Assembly (NCBI GenBank): GCA_026023565.1
Contig: JAPETS010000080.1
Span: 1-45,967, forward strand
DNA from: Cirrosporium novae-zelandiae
Taxonomy: Eukaryota
Reading direction: 5' to 3'
Length of the DNA: 45,967 bases
Positions 11,758 to 20,752 of this stretch are shown here, in pieces. Every line of letters starts with the position of its first letter. The stretch's first letter is position 1. The position numbers and the translations under genes were made by a program. Under the pieces are notes generated by a model. It was given only the letters and a program-made list of their open reading frames with translations. It did no database searches and had not been told where the DNA came from.

Positions 11758-12780
11758 TCACCCTGCTGGTAGCAATACCATTTCCCCATCAATAACAGCA
11801 AACTTCCATCTTTCCGGCAGTGGGACCTCATAGGAGATGGGTCTGTGCTGCTCGGGAATCTGGCTGTTGCTGGAAAACGAGGAATTGACTACCAGGCTGG
11901 GGTTCTGCTCGTTGGCCTGCTCGAAGCTCCAGTCGGTATTGTATCCGACTCCTTGAGGTGGGCCCATGTTCTGTTGTTGGAACATGGGCTGAGGTGCTAG
12001 CAATGTAGGCTGAGGTCGATTGAAGAAGGTGCCTACATTCTGCCATTGAGGAGCAGGGCCAGGTGGTGGTGAGCAGCCAAGGACAGGGCCAGGTGGTGGT
12101 GCATAAGAAGCTGCCGGTTGAGCTCTCCTTGAACCCCTTGGTCCCCTTGGACCCCTTCGGCCTCTGAGGTTACCCGTTTCAGCACAACCAGGGCAGATCA
12201 TCGAGAAATCTACGAGCAGGTCCTTGCTGAAGCATGCCCATCTGTGGGCATCCGTATTACTCCACACAGCATCTCTGCCTCCATGGCCAGCTAGGAGGTG
12301 ATAGTAACATGCCATGCGGTAGAAGTTCTCCGCAATGGCAACGTCCCAATTCTTTTTGATGGAACGGAGACGTGAAACACCGCCAACTCTTCCATCTCTG
12401 AAGTTGGTCTTCACCCAGTGTTTCTCCTGAGGTGAGACGCCTGGGATCTTGCCCTGACCCGGTTTCAAAATATCTAGGAACAGGAGATGGCGCTTTGCAG
12501 AGTGGAAACATTTCTCACTCTTTCTCCTTCCATATTTATTGACAAGGGTCGCCATCATCCCGTCGAAAACCTCTGGTGTCGGCATCTTGTATTTGCCCAC
12601 AAGCTCAGGATTGCTGAATGGGCGAGACCGACCCATCGAGAAGACTCTATCGCTCCCCACGATTCCTGGATTAGCCGTGATCATGGATGCTCCAGGTAAG
12701 GACACCATGGCTCCAGCGGGCTCCATGACATCGGCGAGCATGGAAGCTTTGTCGTGTGCCTCGAGATCTAAGGAAGACAT
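11758..12780 (-). CDS. Intronless 340-aa protein with integrase-type H2C2 zinc-binding domain (NOL4-N/KRBA-like), no catalytic DDE core visible
   Basis: YYHLLAGHGGRDAVW...DLLVDFSMICPGC gives H-x4-H...C-x2-C. Upstream PEVFDGMM...KSEKCFHSAKR...HWVKTNF...VAIAENFY resembles a conserved fungal integrase-Zn-domain protein family (recalled, not searched). ATG in CAAGATG context; ORF is long and open. Confidence 0.7.
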   Translation of the reverse strand: MSSLDLEAHDKASMLADVMEPAGAMVSLPGASMITANPGIVGSDRVFSMGRSRPFSNPELVGKYKMPTPEVFDGMMATLVNKYGRRKSEKCFHSAKRHLLFLDILKPGQGKIPGVSPQEKHWVKTNFRDGRVGGVSRLRSIKKNWDVAIAENFYRMACYYHLLAGHGGRDAVWSNTDAHRWACFSKDLLVDFSMICPGCAETGNLRGRRGPRGPRGSRRAQPAASYAPPPGPVLGCSPPPGPAPQWQNVGTFFNRPQPTLLAPQPMFQQQNMGPPQGVGYNTDWSFEQANEQNPSLVVNSSFSSNSQIPEQHRPISYEVPLPERWKFAVIDGEMVLLPAG

Positions 12781-13535
12781 CTTGGTAGGATTTGGATGGT
12801 CGGTAAAAGATGTTATAAGGAATGTCTTCCCTGATAGCGAGACTCGAGATGGAAGGAGGAAGGATATATATAGATATATCCTAGATGAAAGAAGAGATTA
12901 GGGATGCAGTAATGGTTGAATAGTAAAGAGAATCCCACTGCAAAGGGTTGAAGAAGACTGAGAAGGCAGACGCTTTTTTAAGCTATGCTGGGGAGATGAG
13001 AATGATGAAAAAATTAAAGAAGAATGGGAGGAGAAGTTTCTCCTTATATAACGAACGCGCTTTGATTATATGGAATTTCATACATAGTTTTGTACATGTC
13101 TTGATGGCTACTTCCATTGTCAATGCTCCGTAGAAACACCGAGCACTAGGAGCCCCAAAGGCAAAGTTCCCTCAACGAGAGGGGAAGGTATGAGTCCCTT
13201 CCTCGGGCTACCACTTGAAGTTTCCTCTTCAATTGATAGAGTTTAGTGATATAAATGCAGGTCCGGTGCTTGTATTCGGTGCAACAATGTCGGCGGCAAA
13301 GGAAATAGACTAAGATAGGGTTGGTGCGCAATACAAGCTTATACTTTATTACCTGACACCGGTTTGCTCTGGTCCATACTATTCGTTGTATACAGCAGAA
13401 CATAGACACTCGAACTCTCCCCTAAGACAGCAAGCCACTAGAAGGAAAAATGAGACACCTACATTCCCCACATTTTGTTCTTCTGCCTCGACATGCGTAA
13501 CACAATCGAAGGGTATCTAGAGATAGCAGATCACG

Positions 13536-13827
13536 TAACCTACCCAGGATTGGACTTTGGCGGGAAGCTTGGTTCGTCGTCAAGGGTCGGACCTCCTAGG
13601 CCTCAACGTTTGACGCCTAAGATTGTTGATGATTTTTGGCAAGGACGCTAAAAATCTTACTTCCCTATGCCCCCGCGTTCAATGCCTAGAATTGTTGATG
13701 GTCTTTGGTAAGGACGTTAAAAGTCGGACTTCCCTATGCCCCAGCATTGAATGCCGATGACTCTTTTAGGGTTAATTTTGGGTGAGAACACCAAACCTTC
13801 AATCAGAGTCCAACTCTGGGTAGGTTA
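13536..13827. mobile_element. MITE-like element with 24-bp imperfect terminal inverted repeats and an internal 69-bp tandem duplication
   Basis: TAACCTACCCAGGATTGGACTTTG (13536-13559) matches the reverse complement of 13804-13827 (TAACCTACCCAGAGTTGGACTCTG) at 21/24. TA at both outer ends. Internal repeat units start at about 13615, 13684 and 13753. Confidence 0.6.
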
Positions 13828-14566
13828 TGCTATGCGTTAACAAGCGAGCAGAGGCCATCTAGCTGTAACAACAAAGGTACAGGCAATGAAGTCAACAATT
13901 TATCATCATCAAAGATAGTGGCTAGGACAGCATTAACAGGTCATCATCCAACTTGTTGCTATCAATATAACGTCGATGAATGAATAAGATTCAACACTCA
14001 CACACATCCTTATACCACCCTCTTCATGGTGTCGTGAACTCCAGCCAGGGCCAGATATCTCCATCTCCTACACAATCAAGTCCATGAATGTGACGCTAAT
14101 GCTATTAGACCAGACATAAGCTCTCCTGTACCATGAATTCAACTTAACGGTCAATATAGCACCAATATCATTAAACCGGGCGCTAATATCTGTTAAGGAC
14201 AAGCCAACACTATTACCGTCGTCGGATATCCGCTAACGTATAGCAGATATCCAGTGTATGAGGGGGACAATCCAGTGATTCAAGTTCTGGAGGACCATGT
14301 GGCGAACATCGCCGCTCCTGCCAGTGCCAGCGCTCCCCGTCTCAATAACCACTTCACCTCAATCTTTATCCTCCGTTCCCGATGTTCCTGCGACTGATGA
14401 TGAGTTATATAACCTAGGTGCATCATAATATCTTATACGATGAAATTAATAAGGGTAATATATCACTAATATCATTCGGCCAGACATCAATAACGAAATT
14501 AACCAAACAATCCAACGCAGGATAGCCATCGATTAGTAAGCACCCACTACTGAATATTTCTTTTTA

Positions 14567-14774
14567 TATCTCCTAGACTGGCCACCAATGGCTATCGCTA
14601 GTAGGGATGTTATGTAAGGATTATGATAGGTCAGATCATTATTTTTAGGCAGACTCAGGCATCAACTTCTTTGCTGGATCATATTGAGCCTCAAGATCTT
14701 GTCATTGGGCCAATCAGACCCCTTACATTAACATCCCTATTAGCGATAGCCATTGGTGGCCAGTCTAAGAGATA
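14567..14774. mobile_element. MITE (~208 bp) with ~53-bp near-perfect TIRs and TA target-site duplication (Tc1/mariner-type ends)
   Basis: Left arm 14567-14619 TATCTCCTAGACTGGCCACCAATGGCTATCGCTAGTAGGGATGTTATGTAAGG; right arm 14721-14774 is its reverse complement with 2 substitutions and 1 indel. No coding capacity. Confidence 0.8.
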
Positions 14775-15019
14775 GTATGAGGCAGAGAGAATCGATACTT
14801 ATCACTTACTCATACGCAAATATAGAATAAAGATCCATTCTTTGAACACTCGAAGTAAAGAGAAGCGACATAAGCTTAAATACGTGGCGGTGATTAAGGT
14901 GGGACAAAATAATGATGGCAATTCTTTCTGGATGGATTCTATACTAATGATAGAAACCCTAAACCATCCTCATATCTTACAAGAGATTTCAACTGTGAAA
15001 TCCAAGTGATATAGTCCTA

Positions 15020-15967
15020 TTACACAGGAAGTGCAAACTTCTTCCCTTTGAGAACCCTAATTCATCGGCATTAGTCTCTATGGTACCGTTTACAAATGCT
15101 AATAATCACTCACTTTGTGTAGTAGATCCAGAAGAAATCGGAATATAAGACGGTTTGGACTAGCCCAGCGACGACAGCAATCGGATCGAAGTGACCGTTG
15201 TCGGCATAGTATCGATAGATCCAATTCGGAATATACAAGGCACGATAAATTCCCAAAGCAAAGAGGTAGTGGGTAGTGATGGTCTCTGCTTCACCTGTCC
15301 TCTGTAACATAAAGAGTTGAGGAAGTATAGCTACCGACTCCAACCAGATAGAGAATGCCCACAAGATCTTGTTTACAAAGTAAGTATCAACGGCCGTGAC
15401 CTGTAAGGATACGACTAACCTCTGTAGGAGTATACTTGTAAGGAAAGATTATAGCCAAGACAGCACTGCCGGCCAGGAGATATTGGACGCGGAAAGTATC
15501 CGTATTCGGATCATGGGTTGGTTTGTAATCGTTCATCATCAAGTACAAGGTATATCCAGATGAGGCGATGAAGACCACCTTAAAGATGGTGTTATATGCC
15601 GAGTCCGTAAAGGTGGTGAAGAGATCTAGGATAGGGATAATTAGTCACTCGAGGTATGACCCCTTGGATGAAAATTCTCACCAAGATATCTTGTCACATA
15701 TACTAAAAAGTACAACGCTTGTGATTTGAACGAAATACCAGAACAACTCTACACCATTATTCAGCTTCTTTACACGTTCAGATTGTTTGTCGTATCCTAC
15801 GCTCGAAGACTTCATCTTTGCCATCAGAATAAAAATGGAAATTAGATGGGACAGGTCCCCTATGCACATAGAACACCAAAGTTAGCTTGGGTTCCAATAC
15901 ATCTTTCCAAGGATAGTAATGCTTCAGAAGATGAATTAAACTGACCTAGTAACCTAAAGATGTTCAT
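15020..15967 (-). CDS. ERD2: ER lumen protein-retaining (HDEL/KDEL) receptor; 6 exons
   Basis: [85 protein letters not shown] and [14 protein letters not shown]...KKFALPV*. Introns 15945-15860, 15800-15749, 15681-15626, 15419-15368 and 15113-15057. Confidence 0.97.
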
Positions 15968-17359
15968 TTTGCCTACAGCACCTCCGGCGTAAACAGATAA
16001 CGGGGGTCCTGTAGCTTAGCGGCGGTGACGAAGGCAGGTATGCAAGGTAATGAAGTTATAGTGGTACTTAGATACTGGTGGTAGTTGAAATTTGAAGCTT
16101 CAATTTAGAAGGATTTAGAGAGATCCAAGAAGATGTTTTAGGACAAATAGTCTCAAACACGTCTGAAAGCTAAAGGCGGCTTAAAGCTCCCGTGTCTACC
16201 GCGCCCCCTTACATCAAACGTTTAGCATGTGCTGGCAGGGATAGCCACAAATTAACATTGACTACCTACTACTCGACTCTACCCACTTGAATATATAATC
16301 ATTATGAGGATGGGAGAGCACCATTTGTCCTTACGTGCGGGCGATATTTACGCATCCACTCTTTGCGCAAAAGAATGTCATTTAGGAAGAAGTTTCCATG
16401 TGACTAGTGGAGTTCATAACAAGTCTGCATAGATAACTACCTCTCGGTTAAATTAATATCTCTAAAAACCGAACTACCTAGTTTTCCATTCACTCTTACA
16501 AAGACCGTTAGAAATATAGCTCTATGCTAATTAGTGAATTTTCATCCAGTCATCAGCAACAGTCATCAGCAAGAATCTCAGGACCGCAAAAGCCTCTTAC
16601 GAAATGAGATCATACTCATGCGAACTATCCTCTATGACATTCCCACCGTTACCTAGATAGCCTGCAGATGCTATCAAACAAACCCGCTTGCTAGAGATGA
16701 ATTCCTTCATGCTATCAGAGTTCTAGATGGTTCGAGGATTCCCCGGCCTCCATATAACCAAAGGCCAAATCATCACCGGTGTCGAAACCTTCCGGCTATA
16801 CATAAAGGTCCTACCTTTTCAACGAAGTAGAAGTGCGCGTCGAGGTCGGAGAAGCGTGCATCGAGGGGGTGGATAGGATCCCAGTGACAGAAATACGGCT
16901 AGACTTCAAGATAAGAGGGTGATACGAACAGCGCACAAAGAAGACACCAAGGTCAAGGTCATATGTTCAGAAAGATACAGTGCACTGGAAATGACGCTCT
17001 AAAACAGACTAGGCTAGAAAGTGGCTAAATGAAAAAAAAAAAAAAAAGAGTTGCTCCATTCCATGAAAAATGCATATCGTAATCCTAAGTCCAATACTGC
17101 CTTCGACAGGCTGCCCCCTCTGGTATCAGCTCTTTCCCATGCGAGTTATTTACTAAGCAAGCAAACGAAAGACGAATTCTTCGCCCGCATGACATATCCA
17201 GTCTGAAATTAACCCAACTGCCTTAAAACACCCCCCTCAAAACACCTTGAACTTTTAAATAAAACGACCTTTCCTGATCCTTTGGCCATCGTAACCGAAT
17301 ACAATGGCTTCCCACGTAGCTATTGAGGCTGGAGAATGGCAGCCATGGCCATCCTCGGA

Positions 17360-17893
17360 TCACTTGGTCGCGGAGATGGACTGAGCATCCCTGTCCCATA
17401 TTAGCATTGAAAATTGACTAGCAATAGAAGAATGTCGTATGTTACTTCTTGGACTGTCCTTCAAACCCTTTAGTGCCCTCCTCTCCAACACGACGCATGC
17501 CGCCTCCATTCTCGAAGGGGTTTTGGCCGTATTCTCATCCTTTGGATGCACCCGATTGATCTCGGCCAGAAACGTCGACCGCACTCGGTATGCGTTGAAG
17601 TAATATTCCATCCACTCTTCGTATGTTTGATTAGGTGGGTGTTCCACGAGGCTGAACTCGTGCCTGATGGTTTCGATGTATGTTGCCTATATATCGGGTG
17701 AATGAAATGCGGGGTCAGCAAGTCTGTTTGTCGCAGAAAGTAGCCGAAGTTCTGGTATGCTAACCACGAGTCTCTCGATGGTTGTAACAACGTCCATTCG
17801 TTCCGCCCAGTCACGTTCGGTCCAACCTAGCAAATCGCATATCGCAACTTTTGTCTTTTGTCCGATGCGATCCTTTTGTGTCGTTAAGCCCAT
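17360..17893 (-). pseudogene. Orphan ORF interrupted by a single in-frame TAG (pseudogene or stop-recoded gene)
   Basis: ORFs 17687-17893 and 17360-17647 share a frame (offset 246 nt), separated only by TAG at 17689-17687. ATG in ACAATGG context; TATA-like tract at about 18018-18027. No family recognised. Confidence 0.45.
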
Positions 17894-18574
17894 TGTTTTC
17901 GAAATTCAAAATATTAGTTATTGCTGCGATGTGTTTTGCTGCGATGTGTTTGCTGCGATGTATTTGATGAGTACAATTTTTTATGATTTAGTGTTTTAGA
18001 TGCGAAAGACCATGGGCTATATAAATAACTGCGATGCTCGCAATCGAAGCGTGGAAATTAGACTGGACCAGCAGGACAAGCAAGGAAAGAAATTCGGTGT
18101 GTACATCTGTCACATTCCTAGATACTAAATGCCTTTTTTCAATGCTGGAAGGGAGGGCGAGTCATGACTTGGCAGCTGTCAGGTTTCCTGGATTGGGTGT
18201 GGATTAGTGGCTTGATGTCGTACGACTTATCTTAATGGTGTAGAAGCAACGGCCAATATGCAATAAGTCGGAGGCAGGACGAGATATCTAATGGGTACAC
18301 CAAGCTTGCTATATGCGTCCAGCTTTTTTTGACAGTTCCGCGTGAGAGGTGTACGGGGGAGGGGGAGCCTAATCCATTTCCGTTCATCTGTGCGGAAGAA
18401 AGTGTATGCAATGAAAAATCTGTACTATGACAATTAGATACATAATAAATCCATCATTTCGTTTTTCAGGTCTCCTTTTCAAATAAAAAAAGCCATCAAG
18501 ATCGATCCGCACACTGCCCATGACTGCAGGATGGCGCACCCCCACACAATCAATACCCTGGGGGGCCAAAAAAA

Positions 18575-18790
18575 GGTCGAAAGGCGGTCGACCGAATCAG
18601 ATTTCGAAGTTGATGCTGTGTAGCGTGAGGACGCATGGCTTCTGTGCGGGGTTTATAATCCTCGATAGGTTAGGGGTCCAACGGTGAAGGGTGACAACCC
18701 GACCGCTGCGAGAAAGGTGCAGGAAATATTCCGAAGGGATACTTTGTGGATGATAGGAGCGTTCACCAAGAAGGCTTGCCTTGTCGAGAT
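18575..18790. ncRNA. Candidate structured non-coding RNA (family unassigned)
   Basis: Several closely spaced hairpins (GGTCGA/TCGACC, GCGT/ACGC, CGGT-GGGT/ACCC-ACCG, TATTCC/GGGATA, AAGGC/GCCTT) in a GC-rich intergenic block bounded by an A7 run and a T-run. Confidence 0.25.
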
Positions 18791-19258
18791 TTGCCGTGGA
18801 CGAATCTGTAATTTGTTTGTAGGTGCCGTGTTGCTTCCTTGCTTGCATTGTTGGGGGGGGGGGGGGGGATATTTTGAACCAACAATATTTTTTTTCATGG
18901 TGTTTTAGGAGGATTTGAAAAAGAAGACGTGGTCAGGGGTGGTCTGTACATTGCAGGTGAAAATGGGCAGGCTGACTTGTTTAGATAAAGTGGGTGGTAA
19001 GGTGCTGAGTATCCCGAAGGAACGGTTATAGGTGGCATATGCTTGAGACAGCAAAGCCAATGAACAGCCTTTCAGCGGTCCAGACATTCAGACATCCAAG
19101 CATCCCAGACATAAGAGCAACAAATGCAACCAGGTCTAATCCTCAAGCATACGTTTCTCTTACCCCGCTTTAACCCTCGTTCTCCTAGATCTTTTGGCTG
19201 TTGTTTTATGGCTACTCTAAGGATTCATTCGTCATATAGCATGCTGGCTCTTCAACTA

Positions 19259-20397
19259 TCAGAAAGCTTCCTCATCTACATGAGCACCAAACCAAGCGCT
19301 CAGTTCCGAACTATCGGCATCGCCACGTGTCGCGGTGAAAAAGTCGGTTAGATGCATCGTTTCCGAGGAATCTTCGTCCTCCGGCGTGGCCCATTCCACC
19401 ATCACCATCGTCGGCCCGGCTTTTGATTTCGTCTCTAATATGTCCTTGATAGTACCCCAGCTAAAGCGACACTCATTACCCCAGCCAAATAGCTCATCTT
19501 TATTATTTTTGAGCCATCGACCACACTTTTCATCCGAGGGATACCCCGAACCCCAACCTTCTTCGGTGACTTTTGACTCGGTGGGTCTGTTCAACCCTGC
19601 AGTTGGGCTTGGTTGTGTGGCGACGAGGGCTTGATAGCAGACCTCCAATGCCGCATCTCTAGTGACTTTTGCACACACCGACGCCGCCGATACGCATGGA
19701 TATAGAGAGTCGGCTTTTTTCGCTACGGTGATTCGAGTTGTCGGAAATATTTTTTCAAGCATTCTTTGGTATGTCTGCGGTCGGCCAATGGTGTCAATGT
19801 AAACCTCCTGGACATTAATACCAAGAGCAAAGACGGATTCGATCAGCTGAATCGTGGCATCCTGTGCCTGCGCGTTGAGATTGTAAGGACCTCGTGGTGC
19901 AAGCATTCCGGAGGAGATGTCTCGGGCGGAGAGGGCACGGATAGCCCATCCACAGGATTGGTATAGAGGTGTGTCAGGTGTGCAAAGTGTGCGCATGAGA
20001 GAGGAGCGGACTTGTGGGGTAAGCTGTTTAGAATCTGCAAAATGGAATTCATCGGAGAGCATAGATGAATGGGAGGAGAGGGGAAGATAGAACAAAGCAT
20101 AGACCATAGGACCTGTAGAGCATTAACATTGGAAGCCTAGAGGCTTGGGGAGTTGGGGAATTGGGGAATTGGAGAATTACCTAGAACTGGACCTCTTCCG
20201 GCCTCATCGATTCCAAGCACACACTCCGTTGACATGTCGTCCGCGATGACTTTGGGGATCGGAGAGAAATATGAATAGGATTCTCCTTGAACAACCTGAG
20301 CTTCATCAACAGATGGAGGGACGAAGACATTGTTTGAAGGGGTTTCGGGAGTATCTTGACTGTGCGGTTGGGCCTCTTCCATGTCGAGGTCTGGCAT
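19259..20397 (-). CDS. RNH201: Ribonuclease H2 catalytic subunit A; 2 exons
   Basis: LGIDEAGRGPVLG|PMVY, FADSKQL, YNLNAQA, VYIDTIG, KKADSLYPCVSAASVCAKVTRD, WGSGYPSD and RFSWGT. Intron 20180-20113; likely ATG at 20397 (MPDLDMEE). Confidence 0.96.
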
Positions 20398-20418
20398 CTT
20401 CAATTGAGCCTTTCTTTC

Positions 20419-20451
<33 letters not shown>

Positions 20452-20752
20452 CCTGATTATTCTCTTGGTTGCGAGTCGCGTCTTCCATTCCGGTACGTGA
20501 TTCTGCCGCGTTTGGCCGTCTTTGCTGTCTTCAATCCAACCGGGAATGGTGGTCCTCATAGCTCCAAATCACGCTTACCGAAAGAGGTCTCTACACAACA
20601 TTCAACCGTCGCGAAGCTATCCAGCGCCAACTAAATATTCCATTTACATTGAAATTGATCAACAAATTGCGCCCTTGTCCTAATTTACAGTTGGGTGCAT
20701 TGCATTGTATCGGGGAACCTACGCGAAACTGCTGTCCCTTTGAATCCACGTC
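20398..20752. promoter_or_regulatory. Bidirectional RNH201/MIF2 promoter with MCB/SCB-like CGCG elements
   Basis: 355-bp head-to-head spacer containing GTCGCGTC (~20475), CCGCGT (~20506), GTCGCGAA (~20608) and ACGCGAAA (20721), plus a (GATT)n microsatellite. Confidence 0.55.

Noticed and set aside
18085..18100. GAAATTCGGTG resembling fungal RNase P RNA CR-I
   Set aside because: No matching CR-IV/CR-V at a suitable distance.
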